From a virus: a stretch of DNA of 64,000 nucleotides. The notes under the pieces were generated by a model, which was not told the origin of the DNA, ran no database searches, and worked only from the letters and a program-made list of their open reading frames with translations. Both the position numbers and the translations under genes were made by a program. Every line of letters starts with the position of its first letter. The stretch's first letter is position 1. The stretch lies in the IMG/VR virus record IMGVR_UViG_3300018719_000003, positions 1 to 64,000 of that record, one strand, 5' to 3'. Below are positions 52,576 to 63,500 of the stretch, piece by piece.

Positions 52576-52578
52576 AAA

Positions 52579-53154
52579 ATGCCAAGGAATTTATTCACTG
52601 GCCCAGTCTACATTTATCTAAAGTTCGGGACTGAGGGCGAAATAGTCTTGACGCCGGATGACCAGATGGGCACAGCGACTATCACCGACACTGAGACTTT
52701 CACCGAGCAAATGACGCAGGCTAGCACTGCACCAGCCGACCAGATTGTCAGTGGCTACACCTGGAGTATGGCTTTCAGTCTTGCTCGTGTATGGGGTGGG
52801 GATGCACTGGAAATCTTTGAGCTGGCATACCACGGTGCATCAATGATTTATGACGAGGAAGACCGCAGTCGTAAGGCATTGGGCTTTTATGATAGAGCGG
52901 GTTGTCCTGTTGATAAGTTCCCAATTATGTTGAAAGCGGCGTCCTGCGAGGGACCATCTAGAAATCCTGATTTGTGGTGGTACTCTCCCTATGCAGCTTT
53001 GCGTACTCAGGATGCTAACTTTACCTTCTCAAATACCGAGCAAACCTCGACTGGCTTGGTGATTGACGCATTCCCGCCGCCACCTGAGTTGGCACTACCT
53101 AAAGTGATTCGAGGCGATTACACTCTATTTGGAGTAGGTGTTGATAATGACTAA
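52579..53154 (+). CDS. Putative major tail tube protein
   Basis: 191 aa. Lies immediately upstream of the chaperone pair and tape measure (positional). Confidence 0.45.
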   Translation: MPRNLFTGPVYIYLKFGTEGEIVLTPDDQMGTATITDTETFTEQMTQASTAPADQIVSGYTWSMAFSLARVWGGDALEIFELAYHGASMIYDEEDRSRKALGFYDRAGCPVDKFPIMLKAASCEGPSRNPDLWWYSPYAALRTQDANFTFSNTEQTSTGLVIDAFPPPPELALPKVIRGDYTLFGVGVDND

Positions 53155-53785
53155 GAAAATATTAAACGGCGACGAACTTTTCGAGATTTGCTCACGACTT
53201 CAAGAGCCGATTGCTAGCTTCTCTATTGGCGAGAAGGAGTTCGACATTTACGACACTTCGGTTTTGAGTGATGCTTCTCACAAATTACTGGCTCGTTCTA
53301 ACGCAATGCTGCAAAGGTTCTTTGAGCCTATTATCAAAATTCAACAGAGACAAGAAGCCGGAGAAATTGTCACTGAAGAAACCTATCAACAGGCGGCATT
53401 GGTAGGACTTCGCCAAGACAAAGATATGCTCAACGCGAACCTCGATTACATCAGCGCCCATATTGAAACTGAACCTCGCGTAATTATTGAACTCATAGAA
53501 GAAAAGCTAGCTGAATTCAAAGAGAGATTACAGAAAACTATTAGCGACCCACACGAAATTAACAAGCGTATTGGACTGCAACGAATTTCGTTTTGTGCCA
53601 AGTTGTCGCTGACAATTAGGCAAGAAATCCAGAAGGCTCAAGCTACTGTAACTGAAGCGATCGCATCTATCGAGCCTGAGAAAAATATTGCAATGCTCAG
53701 TGCAGTGTCTGAACCCTCTGACGATATCCAAAATAGCCTGAACGGTGCAAGCCGGAAGAAAGAAAAAGTTGCTCAAACTGCGTGA
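53138..53785 (+). CDS. Tail assembly chaperone (gpG-like)
   Basis: 215 aa, upstream of the tape measure and overlapping the next ORF. Confidence 0.5.
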   Translation: MLIMTKKILNGDELFEICSRLQEPIASFSIGEKEFDIYDTSVLSDASHKLLARSNAMLQRFFEPIIKIQQRQEAGEIVTEETYQQAALVGLRQDKDMLNANLDYISAHIETEPRVIIELIEEKLAEFKERLQKTISDPHEINKRIGLQRISFCAKLSLTIRQEIQKAQATVTEAIASIEPEKNIAMLSAVSEPSDDIQNSLNGASRKKEKVAQTA

Positions 53786-54512
53786 TGAATTTATTGAGTT
53801 ACTGCTATTTGGTGAACTAGATACAGAAATCTCGTTCGTCTTAGGTCGTAATACCTTCCAAGTTCCCCACCCCGTCACCCTCCAAAAACGCCACTATCTA
53901 CGATTACAAATTGCACAGGCAAAGTTAGCAGATAGTGGTTTTTCTTATGGGGTTGCAATCGACTATATTTCTGCTTGCTGCAATCAGGAAAGCTTAGTTC
54001 TGCGAGGATTAGTAGACGAGAAACACGCCGCTGATAGGGCTAAGAATGCATGGGCTGGCATGATGGCAAACAATATCCGTGGCGCTTTGGCTGAACTGCC
54101 CAGTGTTTACGAACCCCAGGAAACGAAGCCCTCAACCACTGTCAGAGGAAGCGCCACACAACAAGCGATCGCCCATTGCCGAGAAGTCCTAGAAGAAGCC
54201 GTCCCAACAATGCTTCGAGTTTATGGGATGGCTCGGAGTCAAGCGCTTGACTTGCCCTCGTGGGAATTTGATTTACTCTTTGAGTCCGCTGTCAAATTTC
54301 GAGCGCGGGAAAGCTTAGATAAATTCCACATGACAGCGATGGCTTTTGGTGGCAAGCCAGAGGACATCAAAGCCACGGTTTCAGACTTGCAAAGACAGGC
54401 AGGATACAGGGGCAGAGAACCCAAAAAAGTAGCATTGCCGACCGAGGAAGAATTGCTGCTGGTTGCCAAGCAAATTAACCTGATGGACAGGCGAAAAGTC
54501 CACTACAAGTGA
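53745..54512 (+). CDS. Tail assembly chaperone extension (gpT-like), possibly made by a frameshift from 53138..53785
   Basis: This frame is open from 53742 and overlaps the end of the G-like ORF across the A-rich run CGGAAGAAAGAAAAAG. No obvious RBS precedes the GTG at 53745. Confidence 0.45.
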   Translation: MQAGRKKKLLKLRDEFIELLLFGELDTEISFVLGRNTFQVPHPVTLQKRHYLRLQIAQAKLADSGFSYGVAIDYISACCNQESLVLRGLVDEKHAADRAKNAWAGMMANNIRGALAELPSVYEPQETKPSTTVRGSATQQAIAHCREVLEEAVPTMLRVYGMARSQALDLPSWEFDLLFESAVKFRARESLDKFHMTAMAFGGKPEDIKATVSDLQRQAGYRGREPKKVALPTEEELLLVAKQINLMDRRKVHYK

Positions 54513-54522
54513 GGGGTGAGCG

Positions 54523-57500
54523 GTGGATTACGTCGCTAGTATCGGCATTGGCACGGGATTAGATTTATCGGGACTGTACGCTGGATTACAGCAGATTCAG
54601 TCCGTCAAAGTTCCGAAGTTACACATAACCCCAGCGGTTGACCATGCTCAACTTACTGCCCTTAATCGACACTTAGATAAAAAAGTTGAACACGTCAAAC
54701 AGGTTAATACTTGGATGTCTCGAAATCCTATCAAGGTGCGAGTTGATACGTCTGAGTTAAGAATAATAACTACGGAACTAGAGAAGTTTAAAAGTAAGTA
54801 TTCGTCTACTAGTGTCAAGCTGAACGTGTCAGGTGGCAGCTCGACAGACCTTGAAAAAATAGGACAAAAGATAGCGGACTCCGTGGGGAATGCCGTTACT
54901 AAGTCCATGTCCCAGTCCCTACCGTCAAAGCTTGCTCAAGGCTTAGGCAGTAGCATTGGTGGACTATTAGAAAACACGTTAGGCAGTGTGTTTAGAGGTG
55001 TTTTTGAGAATGTTGGTAGAGAATTATCAGGTGGATTAACGAAAGGAATAAGCGCTGCGCTAGAGAGTGCAATGGGGAACACAATCGGCAGCACTGAATT
55101 ATTGGGTGAAAACATAGGGAAATCTCTGTCTAATGCGATTACAAAAAAGCTACCCAAAGACTTAAAACAAGACCTGCAAGAAGTTTTTAAAGAAACCCTT
55201 GGAGAGGCGAATATTGTCACAGCTTCCCGCTCAACTAGAGGGCGGCAGGGACAACAGAAGCGAACATCAACTCGACTAGCTCAAGAAGAAATAACTATAG
55301 AAAGAAGGGACTCCCTTAGGGGACTTAAGGCACTAAGACAAGAGCAAGACTCAATTACATCTAGGTTAGGTAATGGTGTAGCAGCTCAAGAAAAAGGCAG
55401 GGAATTACAGGAGAGATTGCAGTTTAATCGTAAATTGCCTGGGTTATCAGATAAGCAAATAGCTGAGATTGATGCAACTTTTGCTCAACTCAATACAGCA
55501 ATGGAGCAGCTAATAGAAGAAGAAGCTGAATTACTGAAACAGCAAGAGCAAATAGTCAAAAAAATTGAAACAGCCAAAAACCAAGTTCAAAAAGTTAAGT
55601 CAGCCCAAGCTGCAATTGCACCAAAGGAACAACCCAAAGCTTACACGGACGCTATTAGGAATCTTACTGGAAGTGATTTACCTGAAGACAAGATTCCTCA
55701 GTTAATTGTTGACGACAAAACCTTAAAGGCAAAAGGTGCAAGAGCGGGATATTTCGCGGAAAGAAATGCGATCGCTGTAACCTCGGCTATGTATAAATCC
55801 ATTCAGTCAAACACTCTCAACCAAAGCGAGCTAGAAAGCCTTTACCACGAACTTCAGCACGGCGTTCAAACTGGTTTTGGATCGTTTAAGGGTCTTCAAG
55901 CTGACAAGCAAGGAAGGATTTTGAATACCCCTGTCCGTGCCACGGGTAAAGAACTAAGGGCGATCGCTCCTCTTATTGGTCAGTATGAGCCGTCCTTGCG
56001 AATGTCTGAGACGGATGCCGAAATCATAGGAAGGCGTCAAGCTCGTTCTGTGATGGCTCAAAGGGAGAGGCAACAAAGGATTGAAAGCTTAAATCAAATG
56101 ACAGGATTGGGGGGAACTCGATATGAAGAGTTAACCAAAAATCAGATAGGCGCATTAAAAGGAAGACTGAAAGAAACCTTGACACTCGCTCAATCGTCGG
56201 GACAAGGAATCAAAGACCAAGTAGAGGAATTCTTTGGCAAACTAATCAAAATTCAATCAGATATAGATAAAACTATTGACAGTATAGCGATCGCCCCTCA
56301 AGACTTTGACGCTAGCCAAATTAATGAATTAGAAGAAGGAATCAAAAAACAGATACAAGAGATTAAGGCGTTATCTCAAGAGTTAAACGAGATTGATCGA
56401 TCAATTATTACTGAGCTACAGATTCCTGTTAATACTGCAACGCCTGAAATGGAAATGGCAATGAATCAGACTCCAAAAACCAATGCCGCTGCCGCTAGCT
56501 CTCAGGTAACCAGAAATGCCATCAATCCTAAGTCCAATACAGTACTTAATGCAGCTACATCTAGCGGGGCTGATAGCGCGATTGCCAGAGCCAAAGAAAT
56601 ATCAGCAAGCTTTAGAACTGCATATTCTCAGCTCAAGAAAGCGCTAGGCGAAGGCAATCAAGAGTTGGCAAGGACTCTGGCTGATACTATCAATAAAAAC
56701 ACTGAAGCTGCAAAGAAAGAAATCAAGAAAATTACCAAAGACCTAGGAGACGAAGCAAAGTTTGGAACTAGGGTAGGTTCCCAACTTGCTAACACACAGG
56801 GACAAATTGGACGCGCCGATAAGTTGTCTCAACAGGCGATCGCTAAATATGGCTATCTAAACCCCCCTAACTCTTCAAGTCCCGACTCTTCGGGCGATGA
56901 AGACGAGATGAAAGCAAGGCTCTTGGAATTTAGGAGTGTTGCGTCTACTCGGTCAATGAATCCTGACGAATTAAAGCAGATTGAAGAGCTAAACAATCTA
57001 CTTCAAGAGTCAATACAATCCTCTGATGAGTTTGACTTGGCTTTCAAGCAGGTTAACCGCAACACTAGAAAAGAATTCAAGCAAACGTCTCAAGCGCTTG
57101 ATGAAACTATCCAAAAGATGGAGCAAGGTGTAAGCCCAGCTGACGAACTTGAAGAACAAGTAGGGGGATTGGCTAAGTCAGCTTACAACGGTGTCAAGGC
57201 ATTTCTTTTGTTCAATGTGGCGTTAGCGGTTGCGTCTAAAATGCTCCAGTTAACTCAACAGGCTTATGAAACAACCAAGGCTTTTGATAGTTTAGAGCGT
57301 TCAATTGTATTTACTGCTGACTCTACAGGCGAAGGGGTTAAAAACTTAGAGTATGTACGAAAAGAAGTTGACAGGCTGAACGCTCCTGTTCAGGATGCAA
57401 CAGAGTCTTTCAACCAGCTATCAGCAGCACTAAAAGGAACAAAAATTGAGGGTAACGCTCAGGAGATATTTTCAGCACTCAACGAAGCGGCATTGGTAAG

Positions 57501-60500
57501 ACAGCTTACTCCAGAACAAAGAAAAAGATTTTTCTACGGTGTTGTTCAGGCAGCAGGGAAGCCAGTTCTTTCAAGTGAAGAGGTCAATCTCCAAATCGGT
57601 GAAGCTTTTCCAGGCGCACAGAACATTTTTGCCAGAGCATTAAACGAAACACCTGAAGACTTTAGGAAGAATTTAAGAACAGGACAGTATGGTGGCGCTG
57701 ATTCAGTTCTCAAGTTTTCACGGCAGTTAAGAACCGAGTTCGCTGGAGGTACTGAAGATGCGGCTAACTCTGTTCAAGGACTAGAGAATCGACTAGGTAA
57801 TACTAGAGTCCAGCTAGAGCGAATGCTAGGCGGTGCAATTATGCCGCTTGTGAGTACCGGGTTGAAAGCTCTTAACTTGGCGCTTGAATTAGTAATTAAT
57901 AATGCTGACAAAATAGCCTTAGTCCTTGGGGCGTTGGCACTTCAGCAATTACCAAGTGTTATAGCAACAATAGGAAAACTAGCCAATTTTCTTTTGCCCA
58001 AAATGGGGCAGGGATTCAAAGTGGTGGCGGCTGAAGCTGTGGGCTTCTCTATACAAACGGCTGCCTTGGCATTGGCGCTAAAAGTGGTTTTTGATACTTT
58101 AGGCTCTTTTAAAGGTTCTGATGTTTTAGACTCAGCTATCGAGAAAAATATTAAGCAATTTAAACGACTAGAAGAAGCGGCAAACAAAGCCAGTGGTAGC
58201 ACCGCAAAAACATTTAATGATTTAGACAAAAAGCTGAATCGCGATCGCTCTCAAACAACATTCATGGAGCGATTCTCTCGAAACTTCAACCCAATTGAAA
58301 GAATATCAGGCACTTACAATCAGTTTCAATCAGGAATTCGCACCAAGTCTAGGCAGGATGATATTCGAGAATTCAACAAACGGGTTGATCTTACTCTGGG
58401 CAACTCTCAGATTAAATCAGGGGACGCTGAACGGGCAAGAGAACTGAGCAAGCTAACAGCCGATCCATTCCTTGGTAGTGCCCAACGGGAAGCTTACGCA
58501 AAGGAAAAAGAAACTATTGATGTTCGGGTTCGTGCCCAAAAAGAGTTAGTCGATAGTTTGCTAGAAGCGGCAAATGCAGAGATAGAAGCTATTGATGAGC
58601 TATGGGCAAAAAGTGACATAAGTAGAGCGCAAGCCGATATTTTAAAGAAAGACGCTCAAAGCAAAATTCCGGCGTTAGAAGCTGCCAAGAAAGAAATAGA
58701 AAATTTCTCAAACGGTCAAGTCTCACTAATCAAGGTAATGCGTGAACAGCTAACCAAGGTGATAGGAGCTTACGCGGACGCCAACACTGCGATCGCAACC
58801 AATACATCCATCTTCCAAGCCCGAATTTCTAGGGCACAGCTTAACGGCTTAACACCAGGGCAAGCTCAGTACGCCCAGCAAATGCTACAGCAGCGAAGTT
58901 TAGAGGCACAGATACAGAGCGGTCAAGGGACGTTAGGGCAGTTAAATAAGTATGTCTACACTCCTGATAACAAGCAAATACTTTTCAACCAAGGCATCGA
59001 CCCCGCAACAGTAGGAGTCGAAGAGCTTAAGCGACTCTCGGATTTGTCAAACAAGCCAGAGGAAAAGCTACTCTACGAGCGCCTGACCAAAATCAGAGAA
59101 ATAGAGGGCACTGTTGCACAACAAGAGGCGCAACTAGCCCAATCACAGGCAGAGGTAGCAACCCAACTTTATGAGCTAGGCAAATCAGTCGATGAGTACT
59201 TGCGTGGTATCACTCGACAGACATCAGAACTTGAGCTGACAGTTGAAGCAAGCCAAGCTAGTTTTGCTCTCGCCGCCGAGAAAAACCGCCTCGTCTCCAA
59301 GCTGCAAGGATTTCAATCCAACTTCTTTTCGGGGTTTGTAGACTCGTTAATCTCAGGGTTAGATAGTATCAACGCAGCACAGCAAGCCGAAACACAGCGC
59401 AAGCAGGCTTTGTTGCAGAATCAATTCCAAGCAGAAGACACGATACGCTCTGGCAGTGAATTGATGCGTACCTTACCCGATGGACTGCCCTCTGATTTAG
59501 TCCCTCAGTCTATCCCTGCTATACCAGTCAAGCTAGACGTGGATGCATTGCAGGCTAGTGCGGGGATTCAGGACTTAAAGGGTGCGATCGCTGAAGCGGT
59601 AGGGATTAGTCGTGACCTAAATGCGGCTACTGTAGCGGTTAATATATCCTTGGCTCAGACGGCGATCGCTGGGGCATCAGTGTCTAGTGAGTTCAAAGAA
59701 GTTAATACCGATCTCCAAGGCTGGGATAAATTCTTGGCTGATATCGGATTCACCTGGAACTATGTCCAGAAAGAATTCCAGGCTGGAACTAAGGAAAACC
59801 TAGAACTACAGCAGCGATGGAATAACTTGCTCTCGATACCCGGAATATTGATGCAGCGATTAGCGGGAATAGTCGGAGTAACACTGCTGAAGTCATTTAA
59901 CCCCGTCCTTGCTGCTGTTGCAGAGCTATTGGTAAGGCTGGGGCTATTCCCTGATTCTGTTGAAAAGATTCGCTCCAAGGTTCTTAGCTTGGGTTTTGAC
60001 TTCAAAGGGGTGACTGAAACTGTCACTGGATTAGGTCAAAGCATTGTTGATTCAATCGGCAATGCAATCGATACCGTTAAACAAAAGATTCAAGAACTAA
60101 AAGACGGTGGTACAGCAGAGACAGCACAGGAGGGAATAGCTGCTAGCTTTTCGGGGTTTGGTGGAACAGGTGGAAGTGCGGGTGCTTCGGGTTCTGGCGC
60201 TTTTGCTAGCGGATTGTACACTGGGCCAGCCGCGAATATTGGTGGAAGCGCTGATTATCACATCGATAGCAAGATAGCTAAGTCCATCGGCAGGGACATG
60301 GCGATTCAGCTAATCGACCAAATGGCGGCGGCATACAATGCCCAAGGTCGAGAGATGTTGTTTAGCAACGCTGCTGTAGCTGGTAAAACTTGGCGAACCG
60401 ATGCGTCTAGAGAGGAGAAATATGCTCTACTTGAACAAATAGATGCTGCCCACAGTCATAGCCCTAATCCAACGCTCTGGGACTTCGACTATTACGTGCC

Positions 60501-63500
60501 TAAGAAGGGACGGGGCTTGTATGACAAGTCTACAGAGGGAGCAGAGTTCTTGCTTCCTTCCGTAGCTGGTGGACGGGTTGAATATGCCAGTGGAGGCGGA
60601 TATGGGAATTATGCTGTTATCTACGACTCCAAGGGCAACCTTGTAATGAAAACGGGACATGGTGATAATCGGAAGAACCTACCCGCCAATAGAACCCTTG
60701 CAAGTGTGACAGCCTCGACTAACTTGAATGTTGGTAGTGGCAGCAAGGGACAATTTCAGTTACCCAATGTTGGAGGTGCAGGACGAATACCTCGCGGTGG
60801 AACTATAGGTAGTGCCGAGCGGGTACAATCTGACCCAGCGGGAGCAGTGGCATTAGTGAAAGCGGCACAAAGGCTGGGATTAGACCCAATCGAGTTTGCC
60901 TCATTGATGAGCTGGGAATCGGGCGGAACTCTTAACCCCAATGTATTTGGCGGTGACGGTAATGCCTACAAGGGAATTATTCAGTTCTCCCCAGACAACC
61001 AGCGCACTTATGGCACATCAGGTCAGCAGAGCATCGCACAGCAGATACCCGCAGTTGAGCGCTATTTAAAGGACAGAGGATTCCAGCCTGGAAAGCACGA
61101 TATCCGCCACGCATACTCTGCTGTACTAGCAGGTCAAGCCTCAGAACGTTATTGGGATGCCTCAGATTCTAATGGCACGACAGTTCGTAATGCTGCACCC
61201 AAATTCCGGCAGGGCGAACACAACGCCCGTGCGCGGCAGTTCCTCAAGGACAGCGGGATTAACTTGAATAACGTTGCTAGCAGTGGGCAGCGCTCGGCTG
61301 TGTTGGGCGTACAGATGAATAATCCCAATACTGGCAATGCACAACGAATTGCATCGGGGCAGTCTCAGGTAATGCAGAATCGGTCAAGTCAAGACCAACT
61401 AGCCATTCAGCAGGAACAGCAGGCTTTAACCGATCTGAAAACTAGAGGGGAGTTGGAGCAGAAGAGCCGAACAGAGCAAACTCGCCAATCTCTGAACCAA
61501 CTATATGAGCAGTCACTAGCTAATACGCGAGAGTTTCGTAACTTAGGCTTTGCAATTGGCGACCCCACACCGTTACGTGAGTTTCAGCAGCAAACGACTG
61601 CCACCAAGGACTCTTATGATGATATGCGTCGAAAGTTGGTTGAGTTTCAGCGTCAGACGAGGGCGGGTGTTGAGCAGGCAAAACGCACTGAATCCGAGCT
61701 GACGGCACCTGGCTATCAAGTCCAACCAGGGCAGAACCTACAGGAAGATATCGCTACAACGAGGAAGGCGATCGCCGCAGGTAGCAAAACCTTGTCCGAA
61801 GTAGACGCAATACTGGCTGGGATTGATGACCAACAAAAGCGTCGTGAAGCCTTTGAAAAAGAGCGCTTCACCAGAGAAGAAAAGCTAAGGCGGTTGGCAG
61901 CGCGAGATATGCTAACCCAGGAGAAAATAGCCGAAACACAAGCACAGCTACGCAGGGCGCAATTAGCTCAACAGCGCAATCCTAGGGACTTCTCCCAAGG
62001 CGACCCTATTGCATTGCAGGCTCAACTTGACCTGATGCAGCAGTTGTTACCGCTAGACCAAAAGCGTCGGCAATTGGCGGAGCAGTTGAGATTAGAGCAG
62101 ATTAAGCCAGAGGAATATAACCAGGCGATCGCATCCCTCCAAAAGCAAGAGAAAGACATTGTTGATAACACTGAAGCTGCTAAAAAGTTTGGCTTGCAAG
62201 AGCGCCAGATGCAATTTAGGGAAGCAGACTTCGCATTCTTGCAACGCCAAAACCAAGCTAGCGGGGCACTAACACAAGAGCAATTACGAGCGGCTGAATT
62301 GTTCCAGCAGACGCGACCCTTTGACACTACCCAAGGCGACCCCAACACTATCAGGTATGGGCAGTCAGTCATTCAGATTGAGCAGGAGAGGCAACAGCAG
62401 TTACTGGAGCAAGACCGCTTTGCTCTGACCAATACCAACCGCTCTCAGGAAGAACTCAACGCCATTCGAGCCAAGATAAACCAAGCGTCAGATAAGCGAC
62501 TGGAGAATGCACGGGTTGAGTTCGAGCAAAATCAGCAGCGGGCAAATCAAGAAAGACTGGACTTTGAACTCCGACGGAAGCAACAGAATCAGCAGTCAGA
62601 TTTGGCTGTCACCCAAACTCGAATGGCTGGATTGGGGGCTGCGGGGATTGATTCTAGCTTCCTTACTCAGCAAGTTCAGGATGCCCAGAACCAGATTCAG
62701 TACGACTCTGCTATTCGTGAATTAGAGAAAACACGGGCACTGACCAACCTCACGGCTGAAGACTATGCTCGGCAAAAGACTAACCTTGACCAAGTACTGA
62801 CACTTCAAAAAGAGCAGAGTGCGATCGCTCGGTCTATGTCCATCTTTTCTAAACGTGCTGAGTACGGAAACCTTAAAGCTGACGTGTTGGCAGGTAACGG
62901 AGCCGAATTCACAGCCCAGGCAATCCGTCGGGAAACAGCACTGGCACAGCAGACGCTAAATTTCACAGCTCAGATAGCTCAACTAGACGCCCTCAAAGGG
63001 AAAATTCCCAACGAGGAATTGGAGAGAATGCGCCGTCAGATTATTGAAATTGACAGGCTTAAAACTGACCAAATTCGTCAGCAGTTTGCAGACTTGAGCC
63101 GCGAAATTGAATTAGCTGGGAGGGATGCCACCAAGGGATTCTTTAAAGGATTTTTGGTTGAAGGTAAGGGTATTTTTGAAAGCCTAAAAGATTCGTTCAA
63201 TCAGCTCAAGAATCAGATTATGGGACGCTTGGTTGATATCGGTGTCGAGGCATTGTTCAAAGGGAAGAATACAGGCAAAGACACGGGCGGCGGTTTGCTG
63301 GGAACTATCCTAGGGAGCGTCACGGGAGCGGCTACAGGCGGCAGTCCTTTCGGCTTCCTCTCCGGTGTCTTGGGCTTCTCAGAGGGCGGCATGGTTCCTG
63401 GTCGTGATATCGGCGTTGATACGGTTCCGGCAATGCTGCGTCCCGGTGAGTATGTGATGTCACGAGACGGCGTTGCAAACATGGGGAGCGCTTTCTTGGA

